A stretch of 64,000 nt of DNA from Alphaproteobacteria bacterium. GTDB taxonomy: Bacteria; Pseudomonadota; Alphaproteobacteria; CBDDJK01. The number at the start of each line of letters is the position of its first letter. Positions within the stretch are counted from its first letter, which is position 1. The stretch spans positions 1,835 through 65,834 of the forward strand of contig JBGCED010000025.1 in assembly GCA_045106055.1 (NCBI GenBank). Reading direction: 5' to 3'. Of the stretch, positions 1-8,560 are shown piece by piece. The notes below the pieces were generated by a model. The model saw nothing but the letters and a program-made list of their open reading frames with translations. It was not told the DNA's origin and ran no database searches. A program made the position numbers and the translations under genes.

Positions 1-175
1 TATGATTTTGATCCATGCCCGCAACAAGCCCGCTATCCATGCCCAAAACAGATGAATTTGAAGAGGCAATTGCCCCCACCAGCCGCGCTTTTGGATGAAG
101 CATGACCGATCGAATCAGCATTTTACCCATGCGCCCCGCAGCGCCCATAATGGCAATATTGACCCTATCCTGCAT
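1..175 (-). CDS. dapB: 4-hydroxy-tetrahydrodipicolinate reductase, N-terminal fragment that continues past the window edge
   Basis: The reverse-strand translation from the ATG at 175..173 reads MQDRVNIAIMGAAGRMGKMLIRSV, the classic DapB N-terminal NAD(P)-binding motif (GAAGRMG). Its start overlaps the hpt stop by 1 nt in a TGATG arrangement. It is too short and truncated to appear in the ORF track. Confidence 0.7.
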   Translation of the reverse strand, partial: MQDRVNIAIMGAAGRMGKMLIRSVMLHPKARLVGAIASSNSSVLGMDSGLVAGMDQNH

Positions 176-708
176 CAATCAATCACCCCAATATAGGGCA
201 GATAACGATAATCTTCTGCATAATCAATGCCATAACCAACAATAAACCGATCAGGCACTTCAAAGCCCACAAATTCTGCGGTAACATCAATCACGCGCCG
301 TTCAGGCTTATCCAGCAACACACAGCTGGTAACAGAATTTGCCCCTGCATCATTAAAAAAATCTTTTGCAAATTGCAGGGATCGCCCCGTATCCAAAATA
401 TCATCCACCAGCAATAAATCCTTGCCGCGCACTTCTGGTGCAGGACCCGTTAAAATCACCTCGCCTGATGATGTTTTCGCCTTTCCATAAGATGAAATCC
501 GCATAAATTCAATCCGTGGGCGCAAGCCCGCTTGCCCCAAGGCGCGGTATAAATCGCCCGCAAACATAAAGCCGCCCTTTAGCAAAACAACCAAGCTGCA
601 TTCCACGGGCAGGCTTTTTGCCATTTCAACCGCCAAATCATTAATGCGCTTGGTCAGTCTTTGTTCATCAATTAAGATTTCAGGCACTTTTAAAATATGA
701 TCTGTCAT
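175..708 (-). CDS. hpt: hypoxanthine-guanine phosphoribosyltransferase
   Basis: A 177-aa protein carrying the PRPP-binding motif LLLVDDILDTGRSL and VLLKGG, with typical HPRT length. Confidence 0.9.
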   Translation of the reverse strand: MTDHILKVPEILIDEQRLTKRINDLAVEMAKSLPVECSLVVLLKGGFMFAGDLYRALGQAGLRPRIEFMRISSYGKAKTSSGEVILTGPAPEVRGKDLLLVDDILDTGRSLQFAKDFFNDAGANSVTSCVLLDKPERRVIDVTAEFVGFEVPDRFIVGYGIDYAEDYRYLPYIGVID

Positions 709-781
709 TTAGACTTCAATCCTTTTGACTCTTTGTGTTTACGCTCATCGTGCGCGATGATGCGCAGTCGCGCTTGTTAAT

Positions 782-806
782 TATCAAAAGGATTCAATCC
801 TTTTGA
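782..806. promoter_or_regulatory. perfect hairpin (10-bp stem atcaaaagga/tccttttgat, loop ttcaa) at the comEC stop; a partial direct copy (caatccttttga) lies at about 719-733
   Basis: Read directly from the sequence. It is an AT-rich stem and is not followed by a clear T-run on the minus strand, so it could be a weak terminator or an RNA element between comEC and hpt. Confidence 0.3.
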
Positions 807-2992
807 TAATATTGCCAAGGATGCGGTGTTTCCGCTGCTTTTGCGGTTTCTATGCTAAATCCTTTACCTGTTTTATAAATATGATGCCAGCCCTTTTCCT
901 GTAAATCAAGCGCCGTTACTAATTTTTCATGCGAACATGGCTTTTTATCAAAAATATAGGGCGCAAAAACCATATCGGAATTTTGACATAAGGCTTTGAT
1001 CATCATCGGGCTGGGTTTGGGATTAAGCTTTGCTTTTACAATCGCGATATGGGCATCATATATATGATAATCGCATGTCATGTCGCTGCATTTAAGCCCT
1101 GTCATGGGCTGTTGCCAATTCCCTTTGATCGGCAATCCAAGCCGGCTTGACCAGATGCGCTGCGTGAATTTAGCGCGCCTTGGATGGTCAATATAAATGC
1201 CATCCGCTTGCACAAGCCCTGTGATTCGTGCATTATTTGCGATCATCATTACAGGTTTTGATGGCAGATATAATAATCCAAGAGCCAAGCATATCAGGGT
1301 AAGCCCCGCAAAAACATATCGAAAGAAATGCGTAAAAATAAAACCCAGCGCAGCACAACAGGCAAATAATAGCAGCCAAATTGCAGATGGCGGAGAAACC
1401 ATAATGCCCGCCAAAGGCAAGGATGATGAAAGGCTTGCAACGCTTAATAATTGGGTAATCCCATAGCCAGCCAGCATCAAAAAAGGATAATCAAGCCCAA
1501 GCGGCATCAACATTAACGAAATCATTAATAAGGGCATGATGAAAAGCCCCACCAGCGGAATTGCAATCAGATTGGCAATGATTGCAACCCAGCTAAATTG
1601 CCCAAAATGATAGGCAACAAACGGGGCGGTTGCCATGCTTGCGACCAAGGATGTTAGCATGATCAAGCCAAAATAGCGGATGATTTTCATCAAAATATGC
1701 GGCAAGCCCTGTCTTTGTCGTTGCTGGTAATAATCTGGATTATCATTAAGTTGCCGCGCCAAACGGCCTCGTCGCCATTCAAACACCCCAGAAAGCGCAA
1801 TCACGGCTGCAAAAGAGAGCTGAAAGCTGATTGATACCAAATGCCCAGGATTAATCATTAAAATTACCATTGCCGCAATCGCCAATGGCCGCAAAGACAA
1901 GGCATAACGATCCAATGAAATCGCCAGCATAATTAACCCCGTCATAATAAAGGCGCGCTGGGTGGGCGGGGTTGCACCAGCCAGCAGCAAATAAATGAAT
2001 AGGCAGGGAATCGCCGTCAAAGCCGCGATCTTCTTGGAATTATAAAATAAGGCAGGGCGTTGCATCAAGGCAAGTAACCAGCGCATCATGCCAAAGCCAA
2101 TCATCGCAACCAGCCCTAGATGCAGCCCTGAAATTGCCAGCAAATGCGATAATCCCGATGCTTGCATGGCTGAAATAATTTCCCTGCTTAAGCCCGCGCG
2201 ATCCCCAACGCTTAACGCCGCTGCAACTGCGGCTGAATCCTTGGAAACAGGCGCAACTATATCACGAATGCGAACCGATATGTCTTCGCGAACGCCATTA
2301 ACCCAGCCCATGATCGCGGGATCAGCCATGCTTGGTTCATGGGGTGCGGCTGCATGAATTTTACGGATAAATCCCGTTGCGCTGATCTGATGCAAATAGG
2401 CATAGCGGCGAAAATCATAGCCTTGGGGAAAGGGCGGGGGCGCGGGCGGGAATAATTTTATATCAACAAGCATGATTTGATTGGTTGCAAGCAATGCCTT
2501 GCCGCGATGAATAACGCGCACCATAATGGGTTCATGCGATCCATTCGCCAAAGCCGATTCAGGCAAAATGCTTGGCTGAATGCGCAGCCACAGGCGCTTG
2601 CGCGATTCGGATTGATGTTCAATCCGCTCTATGCGTGTTTCCACCTGTTTTAAATCAACAATTTGGGTGATGAAATTGGTGCGCCCGTCAAGATGCCACG
2701 CTGTATAGCCAACCCCGATGGCAACCAGCCCCAGAAAATAGCATCCTAATTTAAAGGGAATATTGCGGGCGATCACCCCCAATAGCAGCAAGCCTAAGCC
2801 GATCCATAAAGGCAGCCCTATCGTGATCGGAGGATAGATAAAATAAACCCCAACCCCCAGCCCAAAACCAAAGGGAATAAGCAGCGCAACCCTGGATTGC
2901 TGGGCAAGCGCATTTTGCTTAAACCGATCAACAATATTGGGAAAGGACTTTAAATTAAGCCTTATGCTGGATTGGTGTGTCCCATCTGGCAT
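794..2992 (-). CDS. comEC: ComEC/Rec2-family competence membrane protein (no obvious C-terminal metallo-beta-lactamase HxHxDH motif)
   Basis: A 732-aa polytopic membrane protein with the ComEC-type core (…LSHLLAISGLHLGLV…). The C-terminal roughly 150 aa are hydrophilic and lack MBL motifs. Confidence 0.75.
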   Translation of the reverse strand: MPDGTHQSSIRLNLKSFPNIVDRFKQNALAQQSRVALLIPFGFGLGVGVYFIYPPITIGLPLWIGLGLLLLGVIARNIPFKLGCYFLGLVAIGVGYTAWHLDGRTNFITQIVDLKQVETRIERIEHQSESRKRLWLRIQPSILPESALANGSHEPIMVRVIHRGKALLATNQIMLVDIKLFPPAPPPFPQGYDFRRYAYLHQISATGFIRKIHAAAPHEPSMADPAIMGWVNGVREDISVRIRDIVAPVSKDSAAVAAALSVGDRAGLSREIISAMQASGLSHLLAISGLHLGLVAMIGFGMMRWLLALMQRPALFYNSKKIAALTAIPCLFIYLLLAGATPPTQRAFIMTGLIMLAISLDRYALSLRPLAIAAMVILMINPGHLVSISFQLSFAAVIALSGVFEWRRGRLARQLNDNPDYYQQRQRQGLPHILMKIIRYFGLIMLTSLVASMATAPFVAYHFGQFSWVAIIANLIAIPLVGLFIMPLLMISLMLMPLGLDYPFLMLAGYGITQLLSVASLSSSLPLAGIMVSPPSAIWLLLFACCAALGFIFTHFFRYVFAGLTLICLALGLLYLPSKPVMMIANNARITGLVQADGIYIDHPRRAKFTQRIWSSRLGLPIKGNWQQPMTGLKCSDMTCDYHIYDAHIAIVKAKLNPKPSPMMIKALCQNSDMVFAPYIFDKKPCSHEKLVTALDLQEKGWHHIYKTGKGFSIETAKAAETPHPWQYYQKD

Positions 2993-3393
2993 ATTAGCTT
3001 CCAGCTTTCAGGATCAATCGGCATCACCGATAATCTGGATTGACGAATAAGCGATAATTCTGCCAATTTTGGCTCATTTTTGATTTGTGCAAGCGTCACG
3101 GGCTGCTCAAAAGAACGATGGGCGGCGCATTGAACCATGCCAAATCGCCCCGAAGCATCGGTTGGATCAGGCTTATAAAGTTCGGTAATGCGCACAATGC
3201 CAACAATTTGTTTTTCCTTAATGGAATGATAGAAAAACGCCAAATCGCCAATTTCCATCGCTTTCATATTATTGGATGCTTGATAATTGCGAACACCGTC
3301 CCAGCCCGTTCCAGCATCGGCTGCATCCAGTTGATCTTGCCATGACCAGCTTGATGGCTCTGATTTCATCAGCCAGTAATTGATGTTTGTCAT
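2962..3393 (-). CDS. EVE (PUA-like) domain protein
   Basis: A 143-aa protein starting MTNINYWLMKSEPSSWSW, which is the typical EVE-domain N-terminus. Confidence 0.7.
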   Translation of the reverse strand: MTNINYWLMKSEPSSWSWQDQLDAADAGTGWDGVRNYQASNNMKAMEIGDLAFFYHSIKEKQIVGIVRITELYKPDPTDASGRFGMVQCAAHRSFEQPVTLAQIKNEPKLAELSLIRQSRLSVMPIDPESWKLICQMGHTNPA

Positions 3394-3412
3394 TTGCGTA
3401 ATCCCTTTTAAA

Positions 3413-4687
3413 TCAGGCGGCTAATGGGGTAAGGCTTTCAAGCATTGGCACAGCATCAATCGGTCCAATGGCTGCCAAGCTTGGTTTTGCTTTAAAAATA
3501 CGCTGTGCGCTGCGCAATAAATCTTGCGCGGTAATTGCATCAATGCGTTCAATAATTTCTGCATCAGGAATGATCCGCCCATAAGTATGGATATGATGCG
3601 CAAGCTGTTCTGCACGCGATGACATGGATTCGCGCGACATTAACAGCCCCGATTTTAATTGCGCTTTTGCCCGTTCAATTTCTTGGGGTTCCAGCTTGGT
3701 TTGCACCTTGTCAATTTCAACCATCAGCGCGCTTAATAAGGTCGCGGCATCTTCATTGCTTGTGCCTGCATAAATCGCGAATAAGCCGCTATCGCTGGCG
3801 GGCATTTCCAAGGTGGAGATATTATAAACCAGCCCCAGCTCTTCGCGAATGCGCTGAAATAACCGCGATGACATGCCGCCGCCAAACAGACTGCCAAACA
3901 AATTCATTGCAATAAAATCATCATCGCAATAGCCAAAGCCTTCATAGCCCAGCATCAAATGCACCTGTTCATTATCGCGCTGTTCGCGGTGCTGAGCGGG
4001 GCGATAAACGGGCATCGCGCGCCGCTGGCTGGTTTTATGCTGCGCTTTTTCTGGCAAGCCCTTAAAATGATCCTGTGCAAGCTTTACCAATTGATCATGG
4101 TCAATATTGCCCGCAGCAACCATCACCATTTGATCGCACGCATAATGCTGATCCATAAAGCTTGAAATATCGGCTGGGGTAAAGCTTTTGATCCTTGCAG
4201 CTTCGCCCAAAATCGGGCGACCAATCGCCTGATCAGGATAGCAACTTGCTTGAAAGCGATCAAAAATAATATCATCAGGCGTGTCTTCAGATTGCCCAAT
4301 CTCTTGCAAGATTACCCCGCGCTCGCGCTCAAACTCTTCGCGGTCAAAAGTTGGATATTGCAATATATCCGCCAAAATATCGATGCCAAGCGGCAAATCA
4401 TCTTTTAACAGGCGCATATGATAAGCGGTGCGCTCACGCCCTGTATAGGCATTCATAAAGCCGCCAACCTGTTCAATTTCTTCGGAAATTTGGCGCGCTG
4501 TGCGCCGCTTTGTCCCCTTAAACGCCATATGTTCCAGAAAATGGGCCGCCCCGCCTTGATCATCCGCTTCATCGCGCGCGCCTGCATTAAACCAGCAGCC
4601 AACCGTGATGCTTTCAACATGGGGGCTGTGATCCGACAAGACCATCATGCCATTATCAAGCGTGGTGATTTTTATATCCCGTTTCAT
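3413..4687 (-). CDS. M16 (pitrilysin-family) zinc peptidase
   Basis: The HxxEH inverted zincin motif is present (HFLEHMAFKGT). The protein is 424 aa and overlaps thrC by 4 nt. Confidence 0.85.
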   Translation of the reverse strand: MKRDIKITTLDNGMMVLSDHSPHVESITVGCWFNAGARDEADDQGGAAHFLEHMAFKGTKRRTARQISEEIEQVGGFMNAYTGRERTAYHMRLLKDDLPLGIDILADILQYPTFDREEFERERGVILQEIGQSEDTPDDIIFDRFQASCYPDQAIGRPILGEAARIKSFTPADISSFMDQHYACDQMVMVAAGNIDHDQLVKLAQDHFKGLPEKAQHKTSQRRAMPVYRPAQHREQRDNEQVHLMLGYEGFGYCDDDFIAMNLFGSLFGGGMSSRLFQRIREELGLVYNISTLEMPASDSGLFAIYAGTSNEDAATLLSALMVEIDKVQTKLEPQEIERAKAQLKSGLLMSRESMSSRAEQLAHHIHTYGRIIPDAEIIERIDAITAQDLLRSAQRIFKAKPSLAAIGPIDAVPMLESLTPLAA

Positions 4688-6093
4688 GCGTTGCTTTCTA
4701 TATAGGATTTAACGGCATCATAATCATTGGGGATTACCTTAAACCGCTCTGGATGATTGTAAAGCTGTTTGATTGATTGCGGTGGATCAAGATCAAGGGG
4801 CTGATCTTGAAAAGCTGCTTTGACCGCCGCTGGAAACTTAGCGGGATGCGCGGTTGCTGCAACCACCATTGGATTTTCATAATCATCCGAACATTGTTCT
4901 GCGGCGGCAACCCCGCATGCCGTATGCGGATCAATCACGATACCTGATTGGTTGTAAATGCGGCGCATAACCGCCTTAATCGCATCATCATCAAGGCTGT
5001 GGGCTTGAAAATCACGGCGCAGGCGTTGCCATAAATCATGGGTTAGCTTCATATTGCCTGTGGTTTTAAATTCATGCATTAACGCTTCGCATTGATCCGA
5101 ATTCTGCCCCAGTAAATCAAACAAATAGCGTTCAAAATTGCTGGAGACTTGAATGTCCATAGACGGGGCAAGGCTTGGAATAACGGGCTGCTTTTCCATC
5201 GCATTATGCGATATAAGCCGCGTTAAGACATCATTTTGATTTGATCCAATCACAAGCTGATTAATGTTAAGCCCCATTTGCTTTGCCAGCCATGCTGCCA
5301 AAATATTACCAAAATTGCCCGTTGGCACGGCAAAATTCACGCAAACATCAGGGCCGCCAAGGCGCAATGCTGCCACCGCAAAATAAACCGTTTGCGCGGC
5401 AACCCGCATCCAATTAATCGAATTTACAGCCCCCAAATTTAAATGATGGCGCAAATGATGATCTTCAAACATGTGTTTTACCATTGCTTGGCAATCATCA
5501 AAATTGCCTTCTATGGCAATGTTAAACACATTTTCATCAGGGCAGCAGGTCATTTGCTTGCGCTGAATTTCCGATACTTTATCCTTGGGATGCAGAATAA
5601 AGATTTTCATATTCTTCCTGCCGCGATAGCCCGCAATCGCCGCCGATCCTGTATCACCAGAAGTTGCGCCAATGATCGTCATCTGCTTATCGCTTTTTAG
5701 CAAAGCCTGTTCCATCATGCGCCCTGTAAGCTGCAAAGCAAAATCTTTAAAGGCCAAAGTTGGGCCGTGATAAAGCTCCAACAGCCATAAATTATGGTCA
5801 ATTTGCGATAAGGGCGCAATCGCAGCATGATTGAAATTTTCATAAGCATCATGGATTAAGCGTTCAAGCAGCGCATCATCAAAAATTTCAGAGCCTTCAG
5901 TGAATTGCCGCAGCAGCCTAAAGGCAATTTGGGCATAATTGTTGCCGCGCATCAACCGCCATTCATTATGGGAAAATTTGGGAATGCTAAGCGGCATAAA
6001 CAGCCCGCCATCTGGCGCAAGCCCCGCCATTAATACCGAATCAAAATCGTGAATAAGTGCCTTATCACGGGTGGAGGCATATTTAATCTTCAT
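4684..6093 (-). CDS. thrC: threonine synthase
   Basis: A 469-aa protein with the PLP-lysine motif TLAFKDFALQ and the long-form ThrC architecture. Confidence 0.88.
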   Translation of the reverse strand: MKIKYASTRDKALIHDFDSVLMAGLAPDGGLFMPLSIPKFSHNEWRLMRGNNYAQIAFRLLRQFTEGSEIFDDALLERLIHDAYENFNHAAIAPLSQIDHNLWLLELYHGPTLAFKDFALQLTGRMMEQALLKSDKQMTIIGATSGDTGSAAIAGYRGRKNMKIFILHPKDKVSEIQRKQMTCCPDENVFNIAIEGNFDDCQAMVKHMFEDHHLRHHLNLGAVNSINWMRVAAQTVYFAVAALRLGGPDVCVNFAVPTGNFGNILAAWLAKQMGLNINQLVIGSNQNDVLTRLISHNAMEKQPVIPSLAPSMDIQVSSNFERYLFDLLGQNSDQCEALMHEFKTTGNMKLTHDLWQRLRRDFQAHSLDDDAIKAVMRRIYNQSGIVIDPHTACGVAAAEQCSDDYENPMVVAATAHPAKFPAAVKAAFQDQPLDLDPPQSIKQLYNHPERFKVIPNDYDAVKSYIESNA

Positions 6094-6102
6094 TGCTAGC
6101 CC

Positions 6103-7059
6103 TTAAATTTTATCATTTTCAGATTGTTCATTCACAATATGCAAGACACGCTGCGGAAAGGGAATGCTTAACCCCGCAGCCTCAATCGCATATTTCACAT
6201 CGCGGTTAAGCCTGAAACCAATTTTCCACTGATCCGCGCTTTTTACCCAGCATCGAAGGCGAACATCAATGCCTGATGCCCCCAAGCTGATCACCAAATA
6301 TTGGGGTTCGGGGTCTTTTAAAATTTCAGCATCACCCGCTGCAAGTGCGCGCAAAACGCCCAGCGCAGTATCAATATCATCCTCATAAGCGATGGAGACA
6401 TCAATATCAATGCGCGCAATTGGGTGGGTGGAATAATTGACAATGGTCACATTCCATAAATTGCTGTTGGGAACCGCCATATATTGCCCTTGAATGGACC
6501 GCATTTCCGTGTTGAATAAGCCAATTTGCTTGACGGTGCCATTGATGCCGCCCGCTTCGATATAATCATCCACCCGAAAGGGGCGCAGCAATAACAGCAT
6601 CAAGCCCGCAGCGATATTTTGCAATGTCCCTTGAAGCGCAAGCCCGATTGCAAGCCCCGCTGCCCCCAAAAGCGCAATGATGCTGGCGGTTTGCACCCCA
6701 ATTTGCGCCAGCACAATAACCAGCGTAAATACCCACACCAAATAACGCACAAAAAGCGGGATAAAATTGCGAATGGTTTGATCAATATAGCCAAATTTTG
6801 CTAGGATTTTAGACAAATAGGATGAAACGCTGCGCGCAATCCAATAGCCGATTAATAAAACCAACAAGGCGCGGATAAGCGCAATGCCATATTCAATGAT
6901 GATCGGCAAAATATCCTTTAGCAGCACCATAATTTGCTGATAATATTCATTGTTGAAAAAATCTTCAAACAAATGTTGTTCTCCCGGGCGTTGTTTTCTC
7001 GGGCGTTGTTCGCCCAAGCGTTTTTCGCCATTGATAAACGAATAATGCAAAAATGCCAA
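6103..7059 (-). CDS. small-conductance mechanosensitive channel (MscS family); the true start is possibly the internal MVLLKD Met near 6930
   Basis: MscS TM3 and beta-domain-like sequence. The N-terminal 30 codons overlap SURF1 and carry a GEQRPRKQRPGEQ repeat encoded by a cgggcgttgtt DNA repeat. Confidence 0.7.
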   Translation of the reverse strand: MAFLHYSFINGEKRLGEQRPRKQRPGEQHLFEDFFNNEYYQQIMVLLKDILPIIIEYGIALIRALLVLLIGYWIARSVSSYLSKILAKFGYIDQTIRNFIPLFVRYLVWVFTLVIVLAQIGVQTASIIALLGAAGLAIGLALQGTLQNIAAGLMLLLLRPFRVDDYIEAGGINGTVKQIGLFNTEMRSIQGQYMAVPNSNLWNVTIVNYSTHPIARIDIDVSIAYEDDIDTALGVLRALAAGDAEILKDPEPQYLVISLGASGIDVRLRCWVKSADQWKIGFRLNRDVKYAIEAAGLSIPFPQRVLHIVNEQSENDKI

Positions 7060-7753
7060 TCAAGGCAAAGCCCAATGAAAACCAAGTGATCGCATATTCC
7101 AAATGGTCATTTTGAACATTGATTTTCCATTGTTTGCCAAGCGGATGCCCGCCTGGAATTTCGGTATTATCATCCATAATATAATAAAGCGGAAATTGAT
7201 GCCCCAAGCGCGCATTGATTTTCTCAATATCAAGCGCATACCACAGATTATTATCAAGCTCCGCCTCTGGCAATAATAATTTACGCAAAGTTGGCTGCCC
7301 GCGATCATAACGCAGCAGCCCGCTTAAATTTACCGTCCCAGCGGTTGCTGAAAGCGGGCGATCCGCAATTTCTTTTTTATCAAAAGGCACAAAGCCGCGA
7401 TTGATCAAGATGGTTTGATCATAAGGCGGGGCAAGCTTGAACGGCGTTACAATATTAAGCCCCTCTTTGCCATTTAGCGCGCGATTCATAATATGAATTT
7501 CTTGTTCATGGATAAATTCACCCACGGCGCTTACAGGGCGAAATTCCCACGCTTCAAGCGATAATTGATCCAGTTGAGGCAAGGGAACGGGCATAAGTTC
7601 CATGCGTTCATAAAGCCGATCCAAATAGGTTGTTTTTTCATCCAAGCGCAATAATTGCCATGTGCCAAGGCTGAACAGCAATAAAATCGCAGGAAACGCC
7701 ATCAGGCTTGGTGCTAGCGGCAAGGGAAGAAATTTAAAATTTTTGATGTTCAC
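6965..7753 (-). CDS. SURF1-family cytochrome oxidase assembly protein
   Basis: N-terminal TM followed by the GTWQLLRLDEK motif typical of SURF1, and a C-terminal TM. Confidence 0.75.
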   Translation of the reverse strand: MNIKNFKFLPLPLAPSLMAFPAILLLFSLGTWQLLRLDEKTTYLDRLYERMELMPVPLPQLDQLSLEAWEFRPVSAVGEFIHEQEIHIMNRALNGKEGLNIVTPFKLAPPYDQTILINRGFVPFDKKEIADRPLSATAGTVNLSGLLRYDRGQPTLRKLLLPEAELDNNLWYALDIEKINARLGHQFPLYYIMDDNTEIPGGHPLGKQWKINVQNDHLEYAITWFSLGFALIGIFALFVYQWRKTLGRTTPEKTTPGRTTFV

Positions 7754-7810
7754 GATGCTCAGGCTCTTTATGCTTTATGTTGGCTTTATGCTTAATTTGC
7801 TTTATCAATT

Positions 7811-8416
7811 ATGTGTTTAAGCAAAAGCATGGCTGGGGTCAAGATTGATCGCAAAATAAATCCAAATTTGAGCATATCACCAATGAATTTTTCATTTAAA
7901 GCAAAACCAGCATCATCAACAGGCATCTTCACCTTACCAGATGGGCGGGAATTTCCTGCAATTTGCGGCAAAAACGGGCTTTGCCCGCCTGAACAAAAGC
8001 GCGAGGGGGATTGGATGACCCCAATCGGTGCTTATAAAATATTAAGCCTATTTTACCGCCATGATCGCATTGCAAACTTACCCGCATTGCCGCAATTTCC
8101 GCTTGAAATAACCAAGATCACTCAAATTATGGGCTGGTGCGATGATCCCGCCAGCCAATTCTATAACCGCTTGCTGCCCCTGCCAAGCGTGGATACACAT
8201 GAAATATTGATGCGCGATGATTCGCTTTATGATCTGCTATTGGTGCTGGATTATAATTATCATCAGCCGATTGCGGGGCGCGGCAGCGCGATTTTTATCC
8301 ATCTTTGGGAACAGGGCAAGACCAGCACCAAGGGCTGCATTGCCCTAAAGCGCGATCATTTATTATCCATGCTTCCTTTTATAAATAAGGATAGTTGCAG
8401 GTTAAATATTTCTTAA
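7811..8416 (+). CDS. L,D-transpeptidase (YkuD) catalytic-domain protein
   Basis: C-terminal …GSAIFIHLW…TKGCIAL with the catalytic Cys context of L,D-transpeptidases. Confidence 0.6.
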   Translation: MCLSKSMAGVKIDRKINPNLSISPMNFSFKAKPASSTGIFTLPDGREFPAICGKNGLCPPEQKREGDWMTPIGAYKILSLFYRHDRIANLPALPQFPLEITKITQIMGWCDDPASQFYNRLLPLPSVDTHEILMRDDSLYDLLLVLDYNYHQPIAGRGSAIFIHLWEQGKTSTKGCIALKRDHLLSMLPFINKDSCRLNIS

Positions 8417-8417
8417 A

Positions 8418-8560
8418 TTACGCTCACACGCCGCGAGAGCTTGATTACGCGCTCACACGCCGCGCAGGCTTTCGTCGCACTGGCGACGGCATGCGGTCTC
8501 ATGCTTGATTACGCGCTCACATGCTTGATTACGCGCTCACATTCTTGATTACGCGCTTTT
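8418..8560. repeat. REP-like intergenic repeat block: cttgattacgcgctcaca units at 8440, 8504, 8526 and 8544 (the last three tandem, 22-bp period), plus the hairpin cgtcgc-actg-gcgacg at 8473-8488
   Basis: Seen directly in the sequence. The core ttacgcgctcacacgcc is the reverse complement of ggcgtgtgagcgcgtaa, which recurs at 34.9-35.2 kb. Confidence 0.8.

Noticed and set aside
794-2992. comEC as a possible pseudogene because the metallo-beta-lactamase domain is missing
   Set aside because: It is a continuous 732-aa ORF with an intact membrane core. Short ComEC forms without the MBL domain are common, so there is no basis to call it a pseudogene.
6965-7059. 95-nt overlap between the mscS-like and SURF1 genes as evidence of a frameshift or fusion
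   Set aside because: It is more simply explained by an over-called mscS start; an internal Met (MVLLKD) near 6930 removes the overlap.
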